From contig NIVC01001891.1 of NCBI GenBank assembly GCA_002269645.1, positions 92,885 to 125,550 on the forward strand: DNA of 32,666 nt, in the 5' to 3' direction. Source of the DNA: Macrostomum lignano. Taxonomy: Eukaryota. Positions 1 to 12,605 of this stretch are shown in pieces. Every line of letters begins with the position of its first letter. The first letter of the stretch is position 1. The translations under genes and the position numbers were made by a program. The notes under the pieces are model-generated. The model searched no databases, was not told the DNA's origin, and worked only from the letters and a program-made list of their open reading frames with translations.

Positions 1-799
1 TTAAGCGCGTAGTGAGAGAACTTATTACATATAATGAGTAATAAATAAGCTTTAACGGCGCGAGAGTGTTAATTTGGTATTTATTTATTTTTATTAAACC
101 TAATTTTAATTGTTATTGAATTGCAACAGCTATCTAGTTAACGAGCAATATGAGGGAAGCAAACTTAATTAATTATAACAACAATAAAGTAGTTCTTGCG
201 AAATTTTCACGCCTTCAGCTGGTGCAAACGCCGCTAGAGATTGATAATAATATTTGATAGATGACAAAAAAGGTTAAACAGTTGGTTGCGAATGTATTGG
301 ATTGCCGATTTTAAGAAGCCTGACAATATATATGAATTAGATATGATTTCAAACACATTAACTAGCTACACAATGTTCAAACGACTTGGCCAAACGAACG
401 CACAAAAACGATCAAAGTGGAACAGCGAAAGCGTGAGATTAAAATGTGACAAGTTTTGGACACCGAAGCTTCCAATTATCTGCAAAACTAAGTGAATACA
501 AAAAACTTCAAAAAATATTTATAATATATAATCATTTAACAAAGAAATCCGGACAAACAGAATGAAAATAGCAACTCTTTCAACAAGGAAAAACAAAACA
601 AAACTGGTAGACAACTGAAACACGGGTCAGCACGTGAATTAAATGACAAGGTCGTTAACAAAAAAGACTTGTGTAACGGACGAAAGACACAATTATAATA
701 AGAATGAATCAGGACTGATAATAGTCATATTGATCTGTAAGTATGTACAGCTCTCTGTTCTGGAAAACATACTGCGCAAAAATGGAATGACAATAATTG

Positions 800-852
800 C
801 TGGCTGCCTGCCTGTCTGTCTGTCTGTCTGTCTGCCTGCCTGCCTGCCTGCC

Positions 853-885
<33 letters not shown>

Positions 886-886
886 T

Positions 887-925
<39 letters not shown>

Positions 926-926
926 T

Positions 927-961
<35 letters not shown>

Positions 962-962
962 T

Positions 963-1009
<47 letters not shown>

Positions 1010-1024
1010 GCCTGCCTGCCTGCC

Positions 1025-1079
<55 letters not shown>

Positions 1080-1116
1080 GTGTCTGTCTGTCTGTCTGTC
1101 TGTGTGTCTGTCTGCC

Positions 1117-1155
<39 letters not shown>

Positions 1156-1220
1156 GTGTCTGTCTGTCTGTGTGTCTGTCTGTCTGCCTGTCTGTCTGTC
1201 TGCCTGTCTGTCTGTCTGCC

Positions 1221-1251
<31 letters not shown>

Positions 1252-1338
1252 GTGTCTGTCTGCCTGTCTTTACTGTCTGTCTGTCTGTCTGTCTGCCTGT
1301 CTTTACTGTCTGTCTGTCTGTCTGTCTGTCTGCCTGTC
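800..1338. repeat. (TCTG)n/(GACA)n microsatellite, about 540 bp
   Basis: Directly visible, with CCTG, TGTG and TTTC variants; it accounts for the VCLS/RQTD pseudo-ORFs. Confidence 0.98.
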
Positions 1339-1781
1339 TAACACAAGAAAAGCACAAGTACCAACTGTACATAAAAAGCTGAAAACGGCAAAAAAGGAAA
1401 CGCAGAGCTTGCAAACGAACAGGAAAAAACCAAGTACAGAAAAATGGCGCCAAGAGAATATTAATTTTGTAGTGAACACGCGCACGAACCAATGTCGGAC
1501 AAAAAAGGTAAAATTTTAGTCACCCAGGTAATTGAATACTTGTGCAAAGAATTATTGCCATAGTAACTTTATTAAACGCATAGACTTTCAACAGTTTAGG
1601 AGCGGGGATGACGCAATCACAAAATAACTTAAAAATATTAAACATATATTATATAGTCGTGAATGAGCAGACACCGGATAATTTGCTTGCAATGATAAAT
1701 TGAGTCTTGATTATCTCATGCTTATGGATTATGTAAGCCAATGAGAATCTATGTACAGACCCCAGGTCTAGGGATTCAGAA

Positions 1782-2278
1782 TTGGGATATTACATCGCCC
1801 ATAAATCTACAAGACTACAAAGCATGGCATATTACACTGACCAATAGATCTACAGATTACTAAACATTGGGATATTACACTGACCAATAGATCTACAGAT
1901 TACTAAACATTGGGATATTACACTGACCAAAAGATCTACAGATTACTAACCATGGGATATTACACTGACCCATAGATCTACAGATTACTTAACCTTGGGA
2001 TATTACACTGACCCATAGATCTACAGATTACTAACCATGGGATATTACACTGACCCATAGATCTACAGATTACTAACCATGGGATATTACACTGACCCAT
2101 AGATCTACAGATTACTAACCTTGGGATATTACACTGACCCATAGATCTACAGATTACTAACCATGGGATATTACACTGACCCATAGATCTACAGATTACT
2201 AACCTTGGGATATTACACTGACCCATAGATCTACAGATTACTAACCATGGGATATTACACTGACCCATAGATCTACAG
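1782..2278. repeat. 42-bp minisatellite, about 11-12 copies
   Basis: Unit CATAGATCTACAGATTACTAACCATGGGATATTACACTGACC; degenerate at the left end. Confidence 0.97.
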
Positions 2279-2375
2279 AATACAATTCATAGGCCACAGC
2301 TAGATCTAAACAACCTGCAGACCAAACGTTCCTATAATCAATAAACGAGCTGACAGCTCAGAACCACACAAAGCA

Positions 2376-5300
2376 TCAATTAGCGGGCGACTCAGCCAGA
2401 GTCGGCAGCGGCGGCGACAGAGATTCCGGCGATTGAGGCCGCGACGACGAAGGCGACATTGTTGTCGACGAAGATGATTGAGTGGCAATCATAGCAGCGG
2501 CGGCCACGTTAGACGGATAAGTCACGTGACCGTCGCTGGTGGACACGATGCAGCTGTAGCCAAACAGTTCGTCAGCGCTAGTCGGCGATGAGCCAGCAGA
2601 CGTCGCCGCCACCGGCACTGCCGCTATGCCGGCTGTCAAATAAGTCGGGAAGTACCGAGTGCCATAGAACACATGGTCCAGCACCCAGTTGTCGCCATTA
2701 AACGGTTCCAATGCGATCACATTGTTGCGCGCTTCAATTTGTAGGCAGATTTCGCCAAGCAGATCTGAGATCAAATACAGGGTGCTGCGACGCTCCTGCT
2801 GCATCAGACACACGGTGGAGCTCTTCACAACCTCGTGCAGCACCTGCAAATGTACGTAGTGGAATTCATTTATCTTGCAACAACTGTTTAGTTGTGATAG
2901 TTATTGTCATAATCTCTGCATTCAGAACCTGTTAACCTGTGCATTCAGAACCCGATAATCTCTGCATTTAGAACCCGATAATCTCTGCATTTAGAACCCG
3001 ATAATCTCTGCATTCAGAACCAGTCGATAATCTCTGCATTTAGAACCCGATAATGTCTGCATTCAGAACCCGATAATCTCTGCATTTAGAACCCGATAAT
3101 CTCTGCATTCAGAACCTGATAATCTCTGCATTCAGAACCCGATAATGTCTGCATTCAGAACCAGTCGATAATCTCTGCATTTAGAACCCGATAATCTCTG
3201 CATTTAGAACCCGATAATCTCTGCATTCAGAACCCGATAATCTCTGCATTCAGAACCCGATAATCTGTGCATTCAGAACCCGATAATGTGTGCATTCAGA
3301 ACCCGATAATCTGTGCATTCAGAACCAGTCGATAATCTCTGCATTCAGAACCCGATAATCTGCATTCAGAACCCGATAATATGTGCCTTCAGAACCCGAT
3401 AATCTCTGCATTCAGAACCTGATAATCTCTGCATTTAGAACCCAATAATCTGTGCATTCAGAACCCGATAATCTCTGCATTCAGAACCCGATAATCTCTG
3501 CATTCAGAACCAGTCGATAATCTCTGCATTCAGAACCCGATAATCTGTGCATTCAGAACCCGATAATGTGTGCATTCAGAACCCGATAATCTCTGCATTC
3601 AGAACCAGTCGATAATCTCTGCATTCAGAACCCGATAATCTGCATTCAGAACCCGATAATATGTGCATTCAGAACCCGATAATCTCTGCATTCAGAACCT
3701 GATAATCTCTGCATTTAGAACCCGATAATCTGTGCATTCAGAACCCGATAATCTCTGCATTCAGAACCCGATAATCTCTGCATTCAGAACCAGTCGATAA
3801 TCTCTGCATTCAGAACCCGATAATCTGTGCATTCAGAACCCGATAATCTGTGCATTCAGAACCCGATAATCTCTGCATTCAGAACCAGTCGATAATCTCT
3901 GCATTTAGAACCCGATATTCTGTGCATTCAGAACCAGTCGATAATCTCTACATTTAGAACCCGATAATCTGTGCATTCAGAACCCGATAATCTCTGCATT
4001 CAGAACCAGTCGATAATCTCTGCATTCAGAACCCGATAATCTGCATTCAGAACCCGATAATCTGTGCATTCAGAACCAGTCGATAATCTCTGCATTCAGA
4101 ACCCGATAATCTGCATTCAGAACCCGATAATCTGCATTCAGAACCCGATAATCTGTGCATTCAGAACCAGTCGATAATCTCTGCATTCAGAACCCGATAA
4201 TCTGCATTCGGAACCCGATAATCTGCATTCAGAACCCGATAATCTGCATTCAGAACTCGATAATCTCTGCATTCAGAATCCGATAATCTCAGCATTCAGA
4301 ATCCGATAATCTCAGCATTCAGAACCCGATAATCTGTGCATTCAGAACCCGATAATCTGCATTCAGAACCCGATAATCTGTGCATTCAGAACCCGATAAT
4401 TTGTGCATTCAGAACCCGATAATCTGCATTCAGAACCCGATAATCTGCATTCAGAACTCGATAATCTCTGCATTCAGAATCCGATAATCTCAGCATTCAG
4501 AAACCCGATAATCTGTGCATTTAGAATCCGATAATCTGCATTCTGAACCCGATAATCTCTGCATTCAGAACCCGATAATCTGTGCATTCAGAACCCGATA
4601 ATCACTGCATTCAGAACCAGTCGATAATCTCTGCATTCAGAACCAGTCGATAATCTCTGCATTCAGAACCCGATAATGTCTGCATTCAGAACCAGTCGAT
4701 AATCTCTGCATTCAGAACCCGATAATCTGCATTCAGAACCCGATAATCTGCATTCAGAACCCGATAATCTGCATTCAGAACCCGATAATCTGCATTCGGA
4801 ACCCGATAATCTGCATTCAGAACCCGATAATCTGCATTCAGAACTCGATAATCTCTGCATTCAGAACCCGATAATGTCTGCATTATGAAACCAGTCGATA
4901 ATTTCTGCATTCAGAACCCTAATATCTCTGCATTCAGAACCCTATAATTTCTGCATTCAGAACCCTAATATCTCTGCATTCAGAACCCTATAATTTCTGC
5001 ATTCAGAACCCTAATATCTCTGCATTCAGAACCCTAATATCTCTGCATTCAGAACCCTAATATCTCTGCATTCAGAACCCTATAATCTCTGCATTCAGAA
5101 CCCTAATATCTCTGCATTCAGAACCTGATAATCTCTGCATTCAGAACCCATGCTGAGATTTGAGTGCTAGCAGGAATAAATATAGAATACTCATCGTACA
5201 CGCAATGCCTCACCTGCAGATACTGAGCCCTCAGTTCAAAATCTTTGTCAGACGGAAAGTGCGAAGTCAAATAAGACTCAATCTTAGCTCGCTGTTTCCT

Positions 5301-8300
5301 CAAGTCGGGAAAGTCGATAAAGAACCTGGAGCACATGTACTTCTCCAGGTGGACAACGTCCAGACCTTGAGCAGGTAGGAAGCCTTCAACTAGCAGTTTG
5401 CAGTACTTCAACAGACCGCCGCCTCGAATTTCTTCAGGATTGCGGGTGCAGATCTCCTTCCGGACCAGGTGAGCGTAGGCCTCGGCAAAGCTGCCACTAA
5501 CTGACTCGGCAATCACCGTAGGATAAAAGTGCTCAGTGATAGCCGTAGGCCTCGGCTGAAGCCGATAAAATGTCAGCAGCGAGTCCAGAATAATCTGGAA
5601 ACTGTCGACGGTGAATTCGAATTTCCGACGCATTCGATCGACAAATTTTAGTTCGACAGTGACGCCGTCGGTCTGGTGGGCGGCCGAGTCGCCCAGGCTG
5701 ATGAGGTACCAGCTGTCAGTGTTCTGAATGCGCACCAGCTTTTGAACGTAGCCTTCAATTGGATCAGCTGGAGCGTGGCGGCTGCCAGACGAGTACTGGC
5801 GTCTGCGAACTGACTGCTGCTGCTGCTGCTGATGCTGCGGCACTTCCGGCGCAACAGCAGCCGACGAAGCGATGGAACCTTCCGGTAGAAACGAACGCAG
5901 ACAATCCAATACCACTCGTTTGATTTCGTCCACTGTACCGGGTGGGCTTAAATCAACGCCGAAGAGTAAGTCTAAGTCGTTGTAGGTGTGCACCGAGTCC
6001 ATGCCTGTTATTTTGTGTGCGTGTGCGAGTTAACGTGGCATTAATTGTTGTCAATTCTTGACAGTCATAAGACAGTCATGGTTACTCCTACCGTTTACCC
6101 AAAATTGCGTTAATTTTGCTTTAGGGTTTCTTTCGCAGGTAAGTCGCATTTTTGGCCAAAAACTACGTCGCATTTTTGTTAAAACTAAGTTGCACGGCCA
6201 ACCGAATTTTGGAGGTTGCGCATGTATGACCTGATTCACCACCCGCGAAGGTCAACCAAACTGTTGTTTGTTTTTCAACTACTCATCTGTTTTTGCTAAC
6301 ATTTTAGAAATATTTTCAAGCATGTCCTTTTCATAGAAAAACTCGCCAATTCACTGAAATCAATATAAGAGCATATTTAACTGGCTACTCAAAAATATTG
6401 CGGTCTAAAAACTATCGACAGAGAACCTGACGCGCAAACACGCATATCGCCTTAAAGATAAGCTCAAATCTACATAATACTAAGGCTTAGGAGTAAGATC
6501 CCACCGTATAGTTATGGGAGTGCAGACACCTGGTCCACCTGGAACTCCGAGATAAGACAGGTGTGGAAATTTTTCCTCTTAGCTCTTGAAGCAAAGTAAA
6601 TAAAAGTATTTCAAGTTGCATAAAGTATAACCACTATATATACACTCTGGCTTATATGGTAGCTATGTACTATTTAAATACGTAAGAACAGCCACTTAAG
6701 CTTGACGCCAATGGACTAGTTTTAGCTAAATGTATCTAATAAAATTGAGTGACTTTGTCAACACGCTTTTAATTAGAAAACACCTGGCAAATTTTCTTAG
6801 AACTCAAGTCTGCCTCCATTTTGTCTGCTAGCTAAATTTGACTAGAAGGGGGAATGGTGGCGCCATCTGACTGAAGGACCGGCAGGCGGAATGTGGCGCC
6901 ATCTGACTGAAGGACCAGCAGGGGGATTGTGGCGCCATCTGAAGGACCAGCAGGGGGATGGTGGCGCCATCTGAAGGACCAGCAGGGTGATGGTGGCGCC
7001 ATCTGACTGAAGGACCGGCAGGGGAATGGTGGCGCCATCTGAAGGACCAGCAGGGTGATGGTGGCGCCATCTGAAGGACCAGCAGGGGGAATGGTGGCGC
7101 CATCTGAAGGACCAGCAGGGTGATGGTGGCGCCATCTGAAGGACCAGCAGGAGGAATGGTGGCGCCATCTGAAGGACCTGCAGGGGGAATGGTGGCGCCA
7201 TCTGAAGGACCAGCAGGGGGAATGGTGGCGCCATCTGAAGGACCAGCAGGGTGATGGTGGCGCCATCTGACTGAAGGACCGGCAGGTGGAATGGTGGCGC
7301 CATCTGAAGGACCAGCAGGGGGAATGGTGGCGCCATCTGAAGGACCAGCAGGGGGAATGGTGGCGCCATCTGAAGGACCAGCAGGGTGATGGTGGCGCCA
7401 TCTGAAGGACCAGCAGGGGGAATGGTGGCGCCATCTGAAGGACCTGCAGGAGGAATGGTGGCGCCATCTAAAGGACCAGCAGGGGGAATGGTGGCGCCAT
7501 CTGAAGGACCAGCAGGGTGATGGTGGCGCCATCTGAAGGACCAGCAGGGGGAATGGTGGCGCCATCTAAAGGACCTGCAGGGGATGGTGGCGCCATCTGA
7601 AGGACCTGCAGGGGGATGATGGCGCCATCTGAAGGACCTGCAGGGGGATGATGGCGCCATCTGAAGGACCTGCAAGGGGATGGTGGCGCCATCTGAAGGA
7701 CCTGCAGGGGGATGGTGGCGCCATCTAAAGGACCTGCAGGGGAATGGTGGCGCCATCTGAAGGACCTGCAGGGGGATGGTGGCGCCATCTAAAGGACCTG
7801 CAGGGGGATGATGGCGCCATCTGAAAGACCTGCAGGGGGATGGTGGCGCCATCTGAAGGACCTGCAGGGGGATGGTGGCGCCATCTAAAGGACCTGCAGG
7901 GGAATGGTGGCGCCATCTGAAGGACCTGCAGGGGGATGGTGGCGCCATCTAAAGGACCTGCAGGGGGATGATGGCGCCATCTGAAGGACCTGCAGGGGGA
8001 TGGTGGCGCCATCTGAAGGACCTGCAGGGGGATGGTGGCGCCATCTAAAGGACCTGCAGGGGGATGGTGGCGCCATCTGAAGGACCTGCAGGGGGATGGT
8101 GGCGCCATCTGAAGGACCTGCAGGGGGATGGTGGCGCCATCTGAAGGACCTGCAGGGGGATGGTGGCGCCATCTGAAGGACCTGCAGGGGGATGGTGGCG
8201 CCATCTGAAGGACCTGCAGGGGGATGGTGGCGCCATCTGAAGGACCAGCAGGGGAATGGTGGCGCCATCTGAAGGACCTGCAGGGGGATGGTGGCGCCAT

Positions 8301-9366
8301 CTGACTGAAGGACCTGCAGGGGGATGGTGGCGCCATCTAAAGGACCTGCAGGGGAATGGAATTTAATAACTGCATGACACTTGATTTGATTTTAATCTGC
8401 AAAGGAAATTCAGGAGGCTAGAGAGTAAATAGAACGCTGATTTATTTTGCAAAAGAATTGATGGGGTTGGTGAAATCCTAATGGCAAGACAAATTGAGCG
8501 GAAAGGAAGTAAGGGCCTAACCCGTCTCTCCCTCTTCTCTACCCACCTACCTACTAACCTACCTACTTAATGGACTCCAGCGCCTTCTCAGCAAGGTTAA
8601 CTGCGTTGCACACGCTTCAATGCAGAGCATGAATAGTAAAAAAATTCCCTACACATTTTAGCTAGCATTAGAATGCACTGCTATCTGCGATCTTTAAAGC
8701 GGAATTTTTTTGTGGGCACAATTTGGTGGCAGACTAATAAAATAGCCGATTGCTTGCTATGGGCCCTTAATGCTTTTCGATCGATATCTGGGCCGAAAAA
8801 AAACCAACAACCCTACGGTAAAATAAACTCTCTAGTGCCAGCTCCCATGCAGCTCCGCTTGCAGTGCTCAGGCAATTCTGCCCATTCCGGCTGACATAAA
8901 CACGAGCTCACGCATGCAGGGTGTATAGAGGTCCTGACTTTCTAATCGTCAGGCGTGTACACTCTCTGTGCCTTCGGGGTTGCCTCTCACGGCTCACGGT
9001 AGTGAGGTGAATCGCATGCACGACAATCCCCTTTATTGATGATGTTGCATTATCACTTCACTTGATTAGCTTGATTAAAAACACAAGCTCACACAAACAC
9101 ACACATTTTAACGTGAAAGAATAAGAAAATTTATATTTTCAAATTCTATAAACGCAATTGTAAGCTTTAAGGTTTTCTTACTTTAAGGAAATTTTATTGA
9201 ATTGATTAATAAATTTGAATGCTTTAATGAAAATCCCTAAATCCCTAACGGCTTATGTGCTAAGCTATGGGCAGATCAGGTTACTCCTGCTATGCTATGC
9301 CACTATCAGATCTTTAAATATTCTAGCGAATGAGAGGGGGCACAACTATAGGAGTAGCAGTAGGGT

Positions 9367-9400
<34 letters not shown>

Positions 9401-12210
9401 TATTAAGAAAAGCTCTCTAGCAGCAAGCACGTGACTTGCGATGTCGGGAAATTGATTTGGAGACTGGAAGAGGTGCTGTGCTCTATAAATAGCCACATAT
9501 ATATATATAGTTTATGCGCGGATCACATGATATTCTATAACGGGTGGAAAACTACTGAGCTGCAGTCGGGAGGCAGGGGTAAGGGCGAGGCCTACTCCGT
9601 TTCTCCTGTTATTTCAGCAGGGCTTAGTCGTCACCCTCCTCATTCCTTCCTTCTCTCTTCCCCTTTCTCTCCTCATTCTTGAGAGGCCATCCATCCCATC
9701 CTTCAAAGCCAACTGCATCCCTTAGACGCGCTGCTGAGCTCAGACTCTGCTGCAGCAGTGCGTGGGCGGTAGCGGGCGGCGGCGGGAACTCTGAGCTAGC
9801 GTGAGCAGTGTACATCAGCTGCAGATCTATAGGACTTTTCCTCAATTATTAGCCACTGTCAGACACGATGAGACTGAGAGTACGAAAGAACCAAGAAAGT
9901 TCCTCTTTCCCCACCCCTCTTAGATTGAACTTGGCGAGTGAAAACTTTCCTTATAAAGAAATCGGTCGACTGTTTTCTCTCCTGGCAAAGGCACACCTGT
10001 AGTACCTGTGCCTCAGTACACAAACTGGCAGTAGGAACCTCGCTACTCCCTAACACATTTTTCATCTCCTTAAACTCGTTCAATTCTCGCCCAACTGCCG
10101 GGGAGGAGGGCTGGGCGAGGTCTAAAAATAGCCGCGTGGGCAAAGCGATTTTTATTAATGCAGCGGAGAATTTTATGAGAACCCAGATTATAAAAACCTC
10201 TGTAAGGCAATTAAACTGAAACTGAAACTTTTATCTCTACTTAAGCTTGCAATTATAAATGTAACAGATATAATTCGCGCGCAATAACAATTAAATAACT
10301 GTGTGATTTTAAATTGACATTGCGTTTTACAATACGATGCAACACAAAGTTAGCTTCTGCTTGTATTGATTAGACTGACCTAACTAGTTCGGCTTTTACT
10401 TGGCAGCGAATCTCCGACCTCCTGACCTGATGCAATAAATAAGCTCCTCATTCTCATTTCTGTTCTCAGTGTGTCTCAATATTCCCCTACCAATCCTTCA
10501 TCCTAATCTACTTCTCTCTCCCTCTGCCTCATTCCATCTCACTATCAACTTCTCTCTCCCTCTGACTCAGTCCATCTCACTATCAACTTCTCTCTCCCTC
10601 TGCCTCAGTCCATCTCACTATCAACTTCTATCTCCCTCTGCCTCAGTCTATCTCACTATCAACTTCTATCTCCCTCTGCCTCAGTCCATCTCACTATCAA
10701 CTTCTCTCTCCCTCTGCCTCAGTCCATCTCACTATCAACTTCTCTCTCCCTCTGCCTCAGTCCATCTCACTATCAACTTCTATCTCCCTCTGCCTCAGTC
10801 TATCTCACTCATCTAACTTCTATCTCCCTCTGCCTCAGTCCATCTCTACTATCAACTTCTCTCTCCCTCTGCCTCAGTCCATCTCTCACTATCATTCCAC
10901 TCTCTCTATCTCCCTCTGCCTCAGTCCATCTCCTAGATCTACTTCTATCTCCCTCTGCCTCATTCCATCTCCCTAGATCTACTTCTATCTCCCTCTGCCT
11001 CATTCCATCTCCCTAGATCTACTTCTATCTCCCTCTGCCTCATTCCATCTCCCTAGATCTACTTCTATCTCCCTCTGCCTCATTCCATCTCCCTAAATCT
11101 ACTTCTAACTCCCTCTGCCTCATTCCATCTCCCTAGATCTACTTATATCTCCATCTGCCTCATTCCATCTCCCTAAATCTACTTCTAACTCCCTCTGCCT
11201 CATTCCATCTCCCTAGATCTACTTCTATCTCCCTCTGCCTCATTCCATCTCACTATCTACTTCTATCTCCCTCTGCCTCATTCCATCTCCTTAGATCTAC
11301 TTCTATCTCCATCTGCCTCATTCCATCTTCTTATCTACTTCTCTAGCCACCTAGTCTCTATCTGCTTCATTCCATCTCCCTATCCACTTTCTACTTCTCT
11401 TATCCACCCTCTGTTTCATTCTCGAGTGGTGTAGGCAGAATGTTGCAGAGGTAAGTCACATTTAAGAAGGAACACACGCAGGAAATGCTGTCTGAGCCTG
11501 GGGGATTGGAGGCGGGCAATGATTGATTTCTAAGACTTTCTTTCCTACGTCCGCGCCCCAGTCTGTTTTCTTGTCTCGGTATCTTGCCTATCATTATAGG
11601 CCTCTAAATCAGAACAATTGACACTGGTGACTGGATGGATGAACGATGGTCAGAGCAACCAAAATGTGCCAAAAATTTGTCATAGTCAAAAATCTGGATA
11701 AAAATCTGACCTCCAAGTTAGAGTATACAAATTATACAAATATAAAATAAACAAAACAGCGCGTGCATAGATTTGGGTGGGAACACAGGCACTGTTAGTC
11801 TATAGTTAATAGTATAGTATATCATGTGACTAGCTAATTTTTTAAATGACAGATTCTGCGCAAATCTAGCTAAAACCAAAATTAAATAATCTTTAAAACA
11901 TTGAAACGCTAGCTAGCTTACCAATAATAAAAGTGGCGCCGCCGCCGTTCAATCGCAGATCCCTGAGCCCGATGTTACTGGCCTCCAACTGTTGGCACAC
12001 ACGTTGAATCATGTCGCGCAATGTCAGCTTGACACTAGGACAGCAGTGCCCTCGGCCGTGTATTGTCACCTCCTTCTCCATGAACTCGTGCAGTCGAAGT
12101 ACCTGCTCGTAGCAGAGCACGCTATAGCGGTTGTTGTTGTCGTTGTCCGTCACTTTCTCCTTGACCTTGCCATTGGCATTGTTGTTATCATTGCTCGCTA
12201 TGCAAGTCAT
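2376..12210 (-). CDS. TENT5: Terminal nucleotidyltransferase 5 (TENT5/FAM46) non-canonical poly(A) polymerase; 3 coding exons: 12210-11922, 6004-5214, 2843-2376 (1548 nt, 515 aa)
   Basis: FAM46 motifs in order. Exon 1: YEQVLRLHEFM..VTIHGRG..LRDLRLNGGGATFII. Exon 2: YNDLDLLF, YVQKLVRI, WYLISL, VELKFVDRMRRKFEFTVDSFQIILDSLL, NPEEIRGGGLLKYC, MCSRFFIDFPD. Exon 3: LHEVVKSSTVCLMQQERRSTL. Splice sites are GT-AG and phase-compatible: G|gtaagc (11921) to aacag|GC (6005), phase 1; CAG|gtgagg (5213) to ttgcag|GTG (2844), phase 0. An in-frame TGA lies just upstream of the ATG at 12210; the stop is TGA at 2378-2376. Confidence 0.95.
2910..5148. repeat. 21/23/26-bp minisatellite, about 2.2 kb, filling TENT5 intron 2
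   Basis: Core unit GATAATCTCTGCATTCAGAACCC, with shortened (GATAATCTGC..) and lengthened (..AACCAGTC) variants. Confidence 0.98.
6067..6228. mobile_element. Truncated copy of the 28950-29247 MITE, inverted, in TENT5 intron 1
   Basis: About 160 bp closely similar to the reverse complement of 28950-29110, including one TIR (GTTGCGCATGTATG, 6215-6228). Confidence 0.8.
6848..8357. repeat. GC-rich ~32-33-bp minisatellite, about 1.5 kb, in TENT5 intron 1
   Basis: Unit GGTGGCGCCATCTGAAGGACC(A/T)GCAGGGGGA(A)T; it accounts for all MAPP/RWRHH pseudo-ORFs. Confidence 0.98.
8860..8985 (-). mobile_element. SINE-like repeat, internal fragment, in TENT5 intron 1
   Basis: The minus strand reads GAAGGCACAGAGAGTGTACA...TTAGAAAGTC...CCGGAATGGGCAGAATTGCCTGAG, matching the 19180-19442 copy. 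No tRNA head. Confidence 0.55.
9365..9400. repeat. (GA)n microsatellite
   Basis: Directly visible. Confidence 0.9.
10500..11400. repeat. 38-40-bp pyrimidine-rich minisatellite in TENT5 intron 1
   Basis: Unit CTATCAACTTCTCTCTCCCTCTGCCTCAGTCCATCTCA grading into CTAGATCTACTTCTATCTCCCTCTGCCTCATTCCATCTCC. Confidence 0.95.
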
Positions 12211-12404
12211 TATTAACTCGAATCACGCAAGGTTGGCAGTGGAAAATTTACTATAAACTTGCGTCGTTGCGAGACAGTCGAATTTAGTTGAAAAAGCTGG
12301 TTAGGCTTTTCGAAATAATTATAGTTTCAAGTAGCTTTTGGCCTAAGACAAAAATCTAAGATTAATAAGATTGATTGGTTGCACAAGTTATTGAAAAAGG
12401 CCTA

Positions 12405-12605
12405 TAGTTCTGAGTGGGCTTGGCTGTTCTATTTATACACGCAACAAGCTTCACTCTAAAGCGAAACCCCTAGTTCTCTCTGTCCACACGACCTGCTTCA
12501 CTCTTCAGTGTACATTAGACCGGACCAGTGCGTACAATCTTAACCCCGTCCCTTGCAAGCCAGCCAATGAGAGGCCGCGTCCTTCAATCCGATCATTGGC
12601 GCAAC
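12405..12605 (-). promoter_or_regulatory. Possible TENT5 core promoter (TATA + CCAAT)
   Basis: Minus-strand TATAAATA at 12437-12430, about 220 nt upstream of the ATG; CCAAT-type motifs near 12565 (+) and 12596 (-). Motif-only evidence. Confidence 0.3.

Noticed and set aside
643-1519. Long ORFs (VCLS.../RQTD...) on both strands
   Set aside because: Translations of the (TCTG)n microsatellite, which lacks stops in several frames.
600-1600. Helitron/DINE-like element around the (TCTG)n tract
   Set aside because: Such elements often carry this microsatellite, but I found no subterminal inverted repeats, 3' hairpin or CTRR end.
6828-8336. Seven overlapping MAPP/RWRHH ORFs up to 368 aa
   Set aside because: Products of the 32-33-bp minisatellite inside a TENT5 intron; the frames shuffle with unit length.
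9874-9887. Hammerhead ribozyme core (CTGAGAG..CGAAA)
   Set aside because: Does not match CUGANGA and lacks the flanking helices.
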